The notes under the pieces: model-generated
Seen by the model: only the letters and a program-made list of their open reading frames with translations
What the model was told of the DNA's origin: nothing
Databases searched by the model: none
Assembly (NCBI GenBank): GCA_045602205.1
Contig: JAZSBF010000084.1
Span: forward strand, 1-46,342
Origin: Eubacteriales bacterium
GTDB lineage: Bacteria > Bacillota > Clostridia > Oscillospirales > CAG-272
Length of the DNA stretch: 46,342 nucleotides
Reading direction: 5' to 3'
Shown: positions 1 through 9,836 of the stretch, piece by piece
Layout: the number at the start of each line of letters is the position of its first letter
Numbering within the stretch: the stretch's first letter is position 1
Position numbers and translations under genes: made by a program

Positions 1-1247
1 CCGTACTTGTCAAACATTCTCCACATTGCGGGGATTCTCTTCATAATAGTTCCCTCTCCGCCGATCTTCTCTATCATAGGAGTATCAAGCCATACAGCAA
101 AGCCCTCGTCTGTCTCTACGCCGTTTCCTCTTGTCGAGCACTCGCGAATGATAGATGCCGCAGATACGTCTCTTGTCTCAAGAGGATGCATAAATGCCTC
201 GCCGTTTACGTTTATAAGCTTAGCACCGAGCGAACGGACCTTCTCTGTAACGAGAGCGCCGAATATCTGCTCGGGGTATGCCGCACCCGTGGGGTGATAC
301 TGAAGTGTTTCAGCATAAAGAAGCTTTGCTCCTGCACGGTAACCGAGAACCAATCCGTCAGCGGTAGCTCCGTAGTGGTTAGATGTCGGGAAGCCCTGAT
401 AGTGCATACGTCCTGCGCCGCCTGTTGCGATTATGACTGTCTTTGCTCTTGCAACGAGAAGCTCCTTGGTCTCCATGTTCAAAAGAACAGCTCCTGCCGC
501 GTTGCCGTTTTCGTCAAGAATAAGCTCGATAGCCGATGTGAAATCAACAACAGGGATCTCGCGGTTGAGAACCTCGTCACGGAGAGTTCTCATTATCTCA
601 GCTCCCGAATAGTCCTTTGCGGCGTGCATACGCTTGCGGGAAGTTCCGCCGCCGTGAGTTGTTACCATTGTGCCGTTTTCGTCCTTGTCGAACTCAACGC
701 CAAGGTTGCTGAGCCACTGAATAGCCTCGGGAGCGTCGCAAACGAGCTTGGAGAGAAGCTCTCTCTTTGCCGCGAAGTGTCCGCCGCCGAAAGCGTCAAC
801 GAAGTGGATAGCGGGCGAGTCGTTGGGCTTATCAGCAGCCTGAATTCCACCCTCAGCCATCATTGTGTTAGCATCTCCCATACGAAGCTTTGTAACGATC
901 ATTACGTTAGCGCCTGCCTCGTGAGCCTCAATAGCAGCAGAAGTACCTGCTCCGCCGCCGCCGATTATAAGAACGTCAACGTCGTAGTCGGGTGTTGTGA
1001 GATCAACGTCAGCCGCAGTGATTCTGCTGTGAGCCTGAAGTATTTCAGCAAGCTCTGTGGGAACTTTGTCTCCCTTGTTAGGACCGATCTCAAGAACTGC
1101 AAATTCGTCCTGCTTGTAGTCGGGGTGGTAAGCCGCAAGAAGATCTTCCTTCTGCTGTGCTGTCATACGCGCGGGTTCAAGCGCGATATTCTTCTCTCTT
1201 GCCGCCTCAACAGCCGCAAGAGATTTTTGGAATTTCTCTGAATACAT
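1..1247 (-). CDS. Soluble fumarate reductase/succinate dehydrogenase-type flavoprotein subunit (FrdA/SdhA/TfrA-like); 3' end runs off the window
   Basis: Missing from the ORF track; translated by hand from ATG at 1247 (RBS GAGGGG): MYSEKFQKSL...DVLIIGGGGAG...DANTMMAEGGIQ...HGGTSRKRMHAAKDYSGAEI...QYHPTG...LVTEKVRSLG...LETRDV. It has the FAD Rossmann motif and FrdA-type catalytic His, Thr/Glu and Arg motifs. Confidence 0.88.
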   Translation of the reverse strand, partial: MYSEKFQKSLAAVEAAREKNIALEPARMTAQQKEDLLAAYHPDYKQDEFAVLEIGPNKGDKVPTELAEILQAHSRITAADVDLTTPDYDVDVLIIGGGGAGTSAAIEAHEAGANVMIVTKLRMGDANTMMAEGGIQAADKPNDSPAIHFVDAFGGGHFAAKRELLSKLVCDAPEAIQWLSNLGVEFDKDENGTMVTTHGGGTSRKRMHAAKDYSGAEIMRTLRDEVLNREIPVVDFTSAIELILDENGNAAGAVLLNMETKELLVARAKTVIIATGGAGRMHYQGFPTSNHYGATADGLVLGYRAGAKLLYAETLQYHPTGAAYPEQIFGALVTEKVRSLGAKLINVNGEAFMHPLETRDVSAASIIRECSTRGNGVETDEGFAVWLDTPMIEKIGGEGTIMKRIPAMWRMFDKY

Positions 1248-1261
1248 TCTTCTTCCCCTCC

Positions 1262-1936
1262 TTATTTCTCTATCTCACGAGTATTGTAGAGTTCCTTGAG
1301 CTCTTCAACGGGTTTCTGCATAAGAGCCTCTATAAGCTCGTTGAAATCACCGTTCTTGATCTCTTTTACTCTGTCCTCAAGGTGTCCGCATCCGGGAGCA
1401 AGATACTTACCGTTTATTCTACGAGCAAGCATTGCGACCTGAGGATGAGAGATTCCCGCAGGGCATCTGGAAGAACAAACTCCGCACATTACGCAGTCAA
1501 AGGATTCCTCAGCGCACTTTTCAAAGTCGCCTCTCTGAGCGTATGCTATGTACTGCATAACGTTAAGTCCCTGAGTACATGCCTTTGTGCAGGCGTTACA
1601 GCCAACACACGCGTATATCTCGGGATAAAGCTGCATCATAACAGCCTCATTTGTCTTTACTGTTTCAATATCGTAAACCTGCTTAACAAGCGGGAAGAAG
1701 GGCAAAGTAGCGATATACATATTATCCTCTACCTTTGTCTGACATGCAAGGCACGCCTTAAGCTCCTTGTCTCCCTTTATACGATAGATAGTAGCGCAAG
1801 CGCCGCAAAATCCGTTACGGCAGCCGCATCCTCTTACGAGCTGGTAGCCTGCATACTCCATAGCATTCATTATAGTCAGGTTATCCGGCACTGTATACTT
1901 TTTTCCAAAAAGGAAAATATTTACCATATTAGCCAT
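1262..1936 (-). CDS. FrdB/SdhB-like iron-sulfur subunit ([2Fe-2S] plus two [4Fe-4S])
   Basis: GCRNGFCGAC...LACQ [2Fe-2S] motif; CVGCNACTKAC and CVMCGVCSSRCP [4Fe-4S] motifs; lies directly upstream of the flavoprotein gene. Confidence 0.85.
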   Translation of the reverse strand: MANMVNIFLFGKKYTVPDNLTIMNAMEYAGYQLVRGCGCRNGFCGACATIYRIKGDKELKACLACQTKVEDNMYIATLPFFPLVKQVYDIETVKTNEAVMMQLYPEIYACVGCNACTKACTQGLNVMQYIAYAQRGDFEKCAEESFDCVMCGVCSSRCPAGISHPQVAMLARRINGKYLAPGCGHLEDRVKEIKNGDFNELIEALMQKPVEELKELYNTREIEK

Positions 1937-1954
1937 ATCAATCCTCCACCTTTA

Positions 1955-2788
1955 TTAATATTCATCCGGCAACTCGTCCAGCTCATCCAAACGGAAGACA
2001 GGACCGTCTTTGCAAACATATTTTGAACCAACGTTACATCTTCCGCACTTGCCCACTCCGCACTTCATTCGAAGCTCAAGTGTTGTGTATACCTGAGTCT
2101 TCTCAAATCCGAGAGAGGTAAGTCCGTCAAGCGTGAACTTTATCATTATGGGAGGTCCGCAAAGGACTGCCATCTTATCGGTATCAAAGCCAAGCTCCTT
2201 TACGTAGTTAGGAACAAAACCAACGTGTCCGTCCCAACCCTCTTGCTCACGGTCGATCGTAAGATGAACGTGAACGTTTTCATCGTTGCACCACTCGTCG
2301 ATGATCTCCTTGTAATCAAGCAGGTCATCCTTGCTGCGAGAACCGTAAACGATGTCTATCTTTCCGTAGCGGTCACGGTAGTGACGGCAGTAATTTATTA
2401 CCGAACGGAGAGGCGCAAGACCGACACCGCCCGCAATAAAGAGCATATTCTTTCCCGCAAAAACGTCGTCAACGGGGAAAGGATTGCCGTAAGGACCTCT
2501 GATGGTTATCTGCTGTCCTACCTCTGCCTGATGAAGCCACTCGGTAACGCATCCGCACTTCTTGATAGAAAACTCCATATACTCGGTATTTGTGGGAGAC
2601 GACGTTATAGAGAACATCGCTTCGCCTACACCGGGGATAGAGAGCATAGCGCACTGACCGGGACGATGATCAAAAGCCTTTTTGCCGTCGGGGGTGACTA
2701 CTCTGAAGGTCTTGATATCAGGTGTATCGATACGAACATCGGTAATAACTCCAAGCTTAGGTATCAGTGTTTCTTCTCTGTTATTCAT
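1955..2788 (-). CDS. flxA: FlxA-like FAD/NAD(P)-binding oxidoreductase (PyrK/AsrB/HydG family)
   Basis: RGPYGN, IAGGVGLAP, CGPPIM and C-terminal MKCGVGKCGRC...CKDGPVF [2Fe-2S] motif; start at ATG 2788 after GGAGG, overlapping the upstream stop. Confidence 0.88.
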   Translation of the reverse strand: MNNREETLIPKLGVITDVRIDTPDIKTFRVVTPDGKKAFDHRPGQCAMLSIPGVGEAMFSITSSPTNTEYMEFSIKKCGCVTEWLHQAEVGQQITIRGPYGNPFPVDDVFAGKNMLFIAGGVGLAPLRSVINYCRHYRDRYGKIDIVYGSRSKDDLLDYKEIIDEWCNDENVHVHLTIDREQEGWDGHVGFVPNYVKELGFDTDKMAVLCGPPIMIKFTLDGLTSLGFEKTQVYTTLELRMKCGVGKCGRCNVGSKYVCKDGPVFRLDELDELPDEY

Positions 2789-3809
2789 TTTCCTTACCTC
2801 CAAGCTTTTTCATAACCTTTACGATATTCATTGATATCGGACATCTGGAAAGACAGCGTCCGCAACCTACACAGCTGAACATTCCGTCGTTATTCTCGGG
2901 ATAGTATACGAGCTTGTGCATAAATCTCTGACGAAATCTCTCCTTCTGAGAATTTCTGTTGTTTCCGTGAGCCATTCTTGTGAATTCTGAATACATACAG
3001 GAGTCCCAGCAACGGAAACGTACAACACCGTTACCCGTGTCGAAGTCCTTTATGTCGTAGCACTGACACGTGGGGCACACGAAGGTACAAGTTCCGCAAC
3101 CGAGACAAGCCTCGGAAAGCTCTGCCCACTCGGGAGCGTCGAAGTATTCCTTTGTCTTGCCGCCGCCAAAAGCGTCTGTGGAAAGGTCGGCAAGAGGAAG
3201 TCGCTTCATTATTACTTTGGTCTTTTCCTTCTGAGCCTCAACAGCCTCGCTACCGCACTCTTCGGTAAGTCCCTCAAGCTTCTTCATAAGAGCCTCACCC
3301 TTTTCGGTGTTGCTCTGCCAGAATATCTCGTTCTCTGTTTTCCAGATCGATATGTCGCCGGCAGGCTCTGTCGCGTCTATTCCAAAAGCTCCGCAGAAGC
3401 AGGTCTCGGAGGGTCTTGAACAAGCAAGGGACACGATAACGCCGTGCTCGCGTCTTGAAGCGTAGAAGCTGTCAACGGGCTCTGCGAGGAACACTCTGTC
3501 AAGCACGTCAAAGCTCTTTACGTCGCACGCGCGAACTCCGAAGACTACAAAATCTTCAGCCTCGTTGCGCACGTCAACTATTTCTATATTCTTACCCGAG
3601 GTCTTGAATTCCATAAGGTCTTCTGTCTGGGGGAAGAAAAAGTCCTTGGGGCTTCTCACTGTATTGAGCGCATCGCTCCATACCGCGCCTTCTGCCCACT
3701 CTGTATACTTAGCCTTGCCGCTCGCATCGGTGGTGGGAAGATAAAGCTTTGCCTCTTTTGCTATCTCGGCAAATATTTGGTTAATTGATGAAATCGAAGA
3801 TTTACGCAT
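2781..3809 (-). CDS. flxB: FlxB-like 4Fe-4S dicluster protein (AsrA/HydB family)
   Basis: SPKDFFFP, GVRACD, CLGCGTCTFVCPTCQC, RCWDSC, RFRQRFMHK, CVGCGRCLSRCP; start trimmed to ATG 3809 (GGGGGG RBS). Confidence 0.85.
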   Translation of the reverse strand: MRKSSISSINQIFAEIAKEAKLYLPTTDASGKAKYTEWAEGAVWSDALNTVRSPKDFFFPQTEDLMEFKTSGKNIEIVDVRNEAEDFVVFGVRACDVKSFDVLDRVFLAEPVDSFYASRREHGVIVSLACSRPSETCFCGAFGIDATEPAGDISIWKTENEIFWQSNTEKGEALMKKLEGLTEECGSEAVEAQKEKTKVIMKRLPLADLSTDAFGGGKTKEYFDAPEWAELSEACLGCGTCTFVCPTCQCYDIKDFDTGNGVVRFRCWDSCMYSEFTRMAHGNNRNSQKERFRQRFMHKLVYYPENNDGMFSCVGCGRCLSRCPISMNIVKVMKKLGGKENE

Positions 3810-4800
3810 TTGCATCCCCCCTGTCAAAAACTTCACCGGGTTCGAGATCCTCGGTAGTATAATCAACAAGCGGCGCTCTTGAGCCTACCTCAGCACCTGC
3901 CTGATAGTCGCCGTAAAATTCGTTTATATCCTTTATAAACTTACGGTTGAGCAAGTGAAGCGGTATGTTCTGAGGACATACGCGAGAGCACTCTCCGCAG
4001 TCGGTACAACGGCCTGCAACGTGGAAAGCGCGAATGATGTGGAACATCTTCTCCTCAAAGCTGTTTGAGGCTGCCTTGTTTTCAACTCCCGAATCAGGAT
4101 TGTTGAAAACGCACTTTTCGCAGGTACAAGCGGGACATACGTCGCGGCAAGCATTGCAACGAATGCAACGGGAAAGCTCGTTCTGCCAGAAAGCAAATCT
4201 TTCGTCGGGAGTCATAGCCTCAAGCTTTGCGACCTCGTCAAAGCGCGCAGAATCGATGATCTCTCCGTCCTCGCCCATAAGCTCGTCGTAAGCGACGTGC
4301 TTGCGGCTCTTGCAGTTTACACAACGCTCAAGAAGAACATCCTCAAGAGCTACCTTGACAGGCGCATCCTCATAAATAGTCTGCACCGCGATCTTCTCTC
4401 CTGTACAATCAATAGAGGAAATACCCTCACCGCAAACTGCTTTTACCTTTTCTATATCAGCCATTCCCTCGCAGGGGATCCCCACAGCATAAACCTTTTC
4501 GCGATCGAAGCGGTGCTCTGTGAGAAGCTGATTGAAGCTGTATGTATCGCAGGGCTTGAGGAATACAAGCACCTTGCCCTCACGCTTCTTTGTTTTTGCT
4601 ATAAGATATTTTGAGAAGTTTGCGCCGCAGAAATCGTTCCATACAAATTCCTTGCGAAGCGCCTCCTCGCTCTCAAATACCGCGGGAGTGATATCATAAT
4701 CAAATTCTCCCTTTTTCCAACCGAGCACACACTCTACTGCGCCCTCGGAAAGCAGAGAAACTGCTTTGTCAATTATCTGTTCACGGCTTATTTTTTGCAT
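3802..4800 (-). CDS. flxC: FlxC-like 4Fe-4S protein (FrhB/FdhB-related)
   Basis: LKPCD, CIRCNACRDVCPACTCEKC, FHVAGRCTDCGECSRVCP; lies between flxD and flxB. Confidence 0.85.
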   Translation of the reverse strand: MQKISREQIIDKAVSLLSEGAVECVLGWKKGEFDYDITPAVFESEEALRKEFVWNDFCGANFSKYLIAKTKKREGKVLVFLKPCDTYSFNQLLTEHRFDREKVYAVGIPCEGMADIEKVKAVCGEGISSIDCTGEKIAVQTIYEDAPVKVALEDVLLERCVNCKSRKHVAYDELMGEDGEIIDSARFDEVAKLEAMTPDERFAFWQNELSRCIRCNACRDVCPACTCEKCVFNNPDSGVENKAASNSFEEKMFHIIRAFHVAGRCTDCGECSRVCPQNIPLHLLNRKFIKDINEFYGDYQAGAEVGSRAPLVDYTTEDLEPGEVFDRGDANA

Positions 4801-5222
4801 CGCAGATCCTCCAATCTCTTATTTTCGCCAAGAGCTGCAACCTTTTCGGCGAAATCGTTCATTGTAGCGGCAAACTTTGCTCCCTCTGCCGCGGATACCC
4901 ACTCAACGCGGGTACGTTCTCTCTCTATTCCAAGGTAGTCAAGCATAGAGAACAGGAGCGCCATACGGCGACGGGTATAATAGTTACCCGATGTATAGTG
5001 ACAGTCACCGGGGTGACAGCCACAGATTATAACTCCGTCAGCGCCGCGCTGGAAAGCGCGGAGCACGAACATGGGGTTAACTCTGCACGAGCAGGGTACG
5101 CGGATTATTTTTACGTCCGCGGGATAGTTAAGTCTGTTGTTACCCGCAAGGTCTGCGCCCGCATAGGAACACCAGTTACAGCAAAATGCCACGATAAGGG
5201 GCTTATATTCTTTTACTTGCAT
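4788..5222 (-). CDS. flxD: FlxD/MvhD [2Fe-2S] subunit
   Basis: IVAFCCNWCSYAGADLAG, RVPCSCRV, GCHPGDCHY, WVSAAEG are the MvhD family signature. Confidence 0.93.
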   Translation of the reverse strand: MQVKEYKPLIVAFCCNWCSYAGADLAGNNRLNYPADVKIIRVPCSCRVNPMFVLRAFQRGADGVIICGCHPGDCHYTSGNYYTRRRMALLFSMLDYLGIERERTRVEWVSAAEGAKFAATMNDFAEKVAALGENKRLEDLRCKK

Positions 5223-7207
5223 ATTGCGTCAACCTCCGCCATTATCTGTTTGCTTGAGAAGCCCTGAAGATCCATAGCTCCCGAAGGACATGCCACAGTA
5301 CAAGCTCCGCAACCCTGACATACCGCGGGATTTACCTTTGCGACACGTCTGATTGCCGTTGTTCTGTCGGGCATACGGAATTCCTTATCCTCGTAAGTGA
5401 TAGCGCCGTAAGGACATACTCTCTCACAAGTAGAGCATCCGTTACACATAAGCTCATCGGATTTAGCTACGCAGGGGTTACCCATAAGCTTATCCTTTGC
5501 GAGAAGTCCGATAACCTTGGATGCCGCAGCTCCTGCCTGAGAAACTGTTTCGGGGATATCCTTAGGTCCTTGGCAAGCTCCCGAGAGGAATACGCCTGCC
5601 GTGGGGCTTTCTACGGGACGAAGCTTGGGATGCGCTTCTGTGAAGAAATCGTTGGTATCCATACTTGCGGTAAGCATAGTAGCAAGAGGTCTTGCCGACT
5701 TATCGGGCTCGATAGCCGCCGCGAGAACCACAAGATCGGCATCGATATGAAGCTGCTTGTTTGAAAGCAGATCGGATGCCTGAACCTTGAGCTTGTCGCC
5801 CTCGGGAGAAACCTTTCCTACCATGCCCTTTATGTAGTGAACGCCGTATTCTTCAACCGCGCGTCTGTAAAACTCGTCAAAGTTCTTACCGGGTGTTCTG
5901 ACATCTATGTAGAATACGTAAACGTCTGTATCCGGATATTTATCTCTTGTAAGCATCGCATGCTTTGCTGTATACATACAACAGATCTTGGAGCAATACT
6001 CCTTGCCCTTTTCAGCGCACGCGCTGCAACGAGAGCCTACACACTGAACGAATACGATAGTGTGGGGGTGCTTTCCGTCGGAGGGACGGAGAAGCTTTCC
6101 TGCCGTAGGTCCTGCCGCGTTTGTAAGTCTCTCGAATTCAAGAGACGTGATAACGTCCTTGGACTGATTGTAAGCGAACTCATCAAACTTATCCATGCTT
6201 ATAGGATTAAATCCTGTCGCGACTACGATAGCGCCGTACTTTTCTTCGATAAACTCATCCTTCTGTGTATAATCGATAGCTCCTGCCGCGCATATCTTTG
6301 AGCAGAGTCCGCACTTGCCCTTCTGGAGCATCGTGCAGGCGCTGGGGTCGATAGTAGCAACCTTCGGAACTGCCTGTGCAAAAGGAATATAAACTGCGTG
6401 GCGGTTGTCCATACCGAGATTGAACTCGTTGGGAACTTTCTTCTGCGGACACTTTTCAACACAAGCGCCACAACCCGTACAAAGCTCTTCCTTTACATAA
6501 CGAGCTTTTTTCTTTATCTTAACGTCGAAGTTACCGACGAATCCCTTTACACTCTCAACTTCACTGTAAGAGAATATCCTGATCTTGTCATTCTGCGCAA
6601 CGTCAACCATCTTAGGTGTGAGGATACAAGCCGCACAGTCAAGAGTCGGGAATGTTTTGTCAAGCTGAGCCATCTTTCCGCCGATAGTAGGCTTTTTCTC
6701 TACGATATCAATAGGGAAACCTGCGTCAGCAATATCAAGCGCTGTCTGAATACCCGCAATACCGCCGCCGATAACGAGCGCGCGCTTGGTTACGGGAGAC
6801 TCACCGGGGGTGAGGGGTGTATTGAGATTTACCTTCGCAACTGCCGCTTTACCGAGTATTATTGCCTTTTCGGTCCCGGTCATCATGTCCTTATGTACCC
6901 AAGAACACTGCTCACGAATGTTTGCGATCTCAACCATATAAGGATTGAGTCCCGCAGCCGCCGCGGTCTTACGGAAGGTAGCCTCGTGCATACGGGGAGA
7001 ACAAGAACAAACAACAACACCTGTAAGCTTATGCTCTGCCACAGCATTTTTGATTATATCCTGTCCTGCCTGAGAACACATATACTGATAATCTGTGGAA
7101 AAGACTACGCCGGGCTCAAGCTTGAGTGCCTCGGCAACTGCGTGAACGTCCACAGTACCTGCGATATTACTACCGCACCAACATACAAAAACGCCTATTC
7201 TCTGCAT
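5213..7207 (-). CDS. hdrA: Heterodisulfide reductase subunit A (bifurcating FAD/Fe-S subunit)
   Basis: RIGVFVCWCGSNI, CSPRMHEATF, NIREQCSW, VIGGGIAG, LDKTFPTLDC, VQCVGSR, YCSKICCM, GACQGPKDIP and ferredoxin motifs. Confidence 0.96.
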   Translation of the reverse strand: MQRIGVFVCWCGSNIAGTVDVHAVAEALKLEPGVVFSTDYQYMCSQAGQDIIKNAVAEHKLTGVVVCSCSPRMHEATFRKTAAAAGLNPYMVEIANIREQCSWVHKDMMTGTEKAIILGKAAVAKVNLNTPLTPGESPVTKRALVIGGGIAGIQTALDIADAGFPIDIVEKKPTIGGKMAQLDKTFPTLDCAACILTPKMVDVAQNDKIRIFSYSEVESVKGFVGNFDVKIKKKARYVKEELCTGCGACVEKCPQKKVPNEFNLGMDNRHAVYIPFAQAVPKVATIDPSACTMLQKGKCGLCSKICAAGAIDYTQKDEFIEEKYGAIVVATGFNPISMDKFDEFAYNQSKDVITSLEFERLTNAAGPTAGKLLRPSDGKHPHTIVFVQCVGSRCSACAEKGKEYCSKICCMYTAKHAMLTRDKYPDTDVYVFYIDVRTPGKNFDEFYRRAVEEYGVHYIKGMVGKVSPEGDKLKVQASDLLSNKQLHIDADLVVLAAAIEPDKSARPLATMLTASMDTNDFFTEAHPKLRPVESPTAGVFLSGACQGPKDIPETVSQAGAAASKVIGLLAKDKLMGNPCVAKSDELMCNGCSTCERVCPYGAITYEDKEFRMPDRTTAIRRVAKVNPAVCQGCGACTVACPSGAMDLQGFSSKQIMAEVDAICK

Positions 7208-7221
7208 CTGTCTTTTCCTCC

Positions 7222-7614
7222 TTATTTACTGTATTTTCTGAACGCGCTGACGATAAGCTGCTGAGGTGTCTCGTCATCGAGATACGCAGGAACGTCATTC
7301 TTAGTCATATGGTTTGCGCCCTGCTTACGTACAGCGGCAAGGCGAACCGCTTCAACCAGCTTTGCGGGCTCAACGCCTCTGGGACATCTGTCAACACAAG
7401 CAAAGCAGGTCAGACATCTGTAAAGCGACTTAGAACCCAGCAACGGCTCAACATCTCCGCTCTCTACCATACTTACAAACTGATGCGGATGATACTCCAT
7501 CTCATCATATGCGGGGCAGGTAGCCGAGCATTTTCCGCATTTCATACACTTTTTGGGATTAACTCCGCTCATACGCAAGAGTTCTTCCTGAAGATACTCA
7601 TTCTTCTTATCCAT
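7222..7614 (-). CDS. hdrC: Heterodisulfide reductase subunit C
   Basis: CMKCGKCSATCP and CLTCFACVDRCPRG motifs; lies between hdrB and hdrA. Confidence 0.93.
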   Translation of the reverse strand: MDKKNEYLQEELLRMSGVNPKKCMKCGKCSATCPAYDEMEYHPHQFVSMVESGDVEPLLGSKSLYRCLTCFACVDRCPRGVEPAKLVEAVRLAAVRKQGANHMTKNDVPAYLDDETPQQLIVSAFRKYSK

Positions 7615-8398
7615 TTGTATCCTCCTTTACTCCAAGCGCCTCTGCAAGCAGCTCTGTGAAATATACAACAGGTATATCCGAACCGCTCTTTATGAGGTTG
7701 TATTTGCAAAGCGGGCATGCGGTAATTATCATCTCTGCACCTGCCGCCTTTGCGTTCTTGATAACCGAGTGGCTCTTCTTAGCCGCAAACTCGGGAGCTT
7801 CCATCGAAACGTATCCGCCGCAGCACTCATTTCTGTTTGCGTAAACAACGGGATCAGCGCCGATAGCTCTGATAAGATCCTCGATAATGGTGGGGTTTTC
7901 GGGATCATCCATCTTCATTACCGCGTTAGGTCTGAGAAGCAAGCAGCCGTAATAAGCAGCTATCTTCTTGCCCTTAAGCGGATTTACCACCTTTTCTTTT
8001 ACAGTGTCAAAGCCAACGAGGTCTCTGAGCATCTCAAGATAATGATATACCTCAGTCTCACCCGCGTAGGCCTCTTCGTCTGACATATAATTGTTCACCT
8101 TGCTTGCGAACTCAGCGTCGTTCTGCATAGCGTGATTTGTCTGCTTTATTACGTTGTGACAAGCTGAGCAAACGCTTACGAGCGGCTGTTCTGCCGCCTT
8201 TGCAGCCTTGAGCGCGCGGACCGACGAAAGCTTGGTCGCAACCTCGTCCTTTGCTGTGGTGAACACACCGCCGCAGCACTGCCAATCTTCTATCTCTTCC
8301 AGAGTTACGCCGAGAACCTCAGCGGATCTGCGAGCGTATGCATCAAGATCCTTAGCCTTGTTTTTCAGCGTACATCCGGGGAAATAACTAACCTTCAT
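7607..8398 (-). CDS. hdrB: Heterodisulfide reductase subunit B (two CCG domains)
   Basis: YFPGC...WQCCGG...CSAC and YYGCLL...ECCGG...CPLC; start at ATG 8398 after GGAGG. Confidence 0.93.
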   Translation of the reverse strand: MKVSYFPGCTLKNKAKDLDAYARRSAEVLGVTLEEIEDWQCCGGVFTTAKDEVATKLSSVRALKAAKAAEQPLVSVCSACHNVIKQTNHAMQNDAEFASKVNNYMSDEEAYAGETEVYHYLEMLRDLVGFDTVKEKVVNPLKGKKIAAYYGCLLLRPNAVMKMDDPENPTIIEDLIRAIGADPVVYANRNECCGGYVSMEAPEFAAKKSHSVIKNAKAAGAEMIITACPLCKYNLIKSGSDIPVVYFTELLAEALGVKEDTNG

Positions 8399-8412
8399 TT
8401 CTTTACCTCCGA

Positions 8413-9789
8413 TCATACCATTTGTTCGGGATGGAACACCTCATCAAACTTTTCTGCGGTGAGGAAGCCGAGTTCTACACACGCTTCTTTAAGCGAGATG
8501 TTGTCCTTAAATGCCTTTTTAGCTGTCTTTGCCGCATTTTCATAGCCTATGTAAGGATTGAGCGCCGTAACGAGCATAAGAGAGTTGTGCAAATTATGAT
8601 GCATCTTTTCCTTATTAGCCTTGATTCCTACCGCGCAGTTCTTGTTGAAGGAAACTATCGCCTCAGCAAGAAGACGGACAGACTGCAGGAAGTTATATGC
8701 GCATACAGGCATAAATACGTTAAGCTCAAAGTTACCCTGAGAAGCAGCCATACCGACAGCAACATCGTTACCCATTACCTGAACGGCAACCATTGTAACA
8801 GCCTCGCACTGTGTGGGATTTACCTTGCCGGGCATGATAGACGAGCCGGGCTCGTTCTCGGGAATAAATATCTCTCCAAGACCGTCGCGGGGACCCGAAG
8901 CAAGCCAACGGATATCGTTTGCTATCTTCATCATATCGCAAGCAAGAGCCTTTACAGCACCGTGCGCGAAAACGATCTCATCCTTAGATGTGAGGGAGTG
9001 GAACTTGTTAGCGGCGGTAACGAAAGGCTTACCTGTAAGCGCGCCTATCTCTGCCGCAACCTTTTCAGCGAATCCCTTGGGAGCGTTAAGTCCTGTTCCA
9101 ACAGCAGTTCCGCCCAGAGCAAGCTCGTAAAGAGGCTCGAGCGAACGCTCTATAAGCTCAACGTCTCTCTCAAGGCTTGTTCTCCAGCCGCTTATCTCCT
9201 GACTGAACTTTATAGGAGTAGCATCCTGAAGATGCGTTCTTCCGCTCTTAACGATTCCCTCATTCTCCGCCTCAAGTCTGACAAATGTAGCTATAAGCTC
9301 CTTGACTGCGGGGATAAGCTTATCTGTAAGACTAAGAACAGCAGCTATGTGCATTGCCGTGGGGAATGTATCGTTAGATGACTGGCTCATATTTACATCA
9401 TCATTGGGATGAAGCTTCTTTTCACCGAGTATCTGATTTCCTCTGTTAGCAATTACCTCGTTCGAATTCATATTTGACTGTGTTCCCGAACCTGTCTGCC
9501 ATACTACAAGCGGAAAATGATCGTTAAGCTTGCCTGCGATGACCTCGTCGCACGCCTGCTTTATAGCGTTCATCTTTTCCTCTGTCATCTTCTCGGGACG
9601 CAGAGCGTTGTTGGCGATAGATGCCGCTTTTTTAAGTATTCCAAAAGCATGTACTATCTCTGCGGGCATTGTCTCAATTCCAACACCGATCTCAAAATTT
9701 TCATGGCTTCTCTGAGTCTGCGCAGCCCAAAGACGATCCGCGGGAACTTTTACTTCTCCCATTGAGTCATGTTCAATACGGTATTCCAT
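8413..9789 (-). CDS. fumC: Class II fumarate hydratase
   Basis: [43 protein letters not shown]. Confidence 0.95.
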   Translation of the reverse strand: MEYRIEHDSMGEVKVPADRLWAAQTQRSHENFEIGVGIETMPAEIVHAFGILKKAASIANNALRPEKMTEEKMNAIKQACDEVIAGKLNDHFPLVVWQTGSGTQSNMNSNEVIANRGNQILGEKKLHPNDDVNMSQSSNDTFPTAMHIAAVLSLTDKLIPAVKELIATFVRLEAENEGIVKSGRTHLQDATPIKFSQEISGWRTSLERDVELIERSLEPLYELALGGTAVGTGLNAPKGFAEKVAAEIGALTGKPFVTAANKFHSLTSKDEIVFAHGAVKALACDMMKIANDIRWLASGPRDGLGEIFIPENEPGSSIMPGKVNPTQCEAVTMVAVQVMGNDVAVGMAASQGNFELNVFMPVCAYNFLQSVRLLAEAIVSFNKNCAVGIKANKEKMHHNLHNSLMLVTALNPYIGYENAAKTAKKAFKDNISLKEACVELGFLTAEKFDEVFHPEQMV

Positions 9790-9836
9790 AATATCATCCT
9801 TTCAACTGAAATAAAATTTATCCTTATTATATTCTA

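Noticed and set aside
186-1241. 351-aa plus-strand ORF, and many similar long antisense ORFs (e.g. 6398-7264, 8422-9381, 11815-13032, 33903-34784, 40795-41793)
   Set aside because: These are shadows of real genes on the opposite strand, caused by codon bias that avoids antisense stops. They show no recognisable motifs.
1-1247. L-aspartate oxidase (nadB)
   Set aside because: It is paired with an SdhB-like Fe-S subunit in a fumC/mdh operon, and no nadA or nadC is visible. Not fully excluded because the gene is truncated.
1955-4800. Anaerobic sulfite reductase (AsrAB) or sulfhydrogenase/F420 hydrogenase annotation
   Set aside because: No AsrC siroheme subunit and no [NiFe] large subunit is present; the order behind hdrA-mvhD matches flxDCBA.
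4788-7207. Possible selenocysteine recoding in HdrA or FlxD
   Set aside because: Both ORFs are uninterrupted, with Cys at the motif positions and no in-frame TGA.
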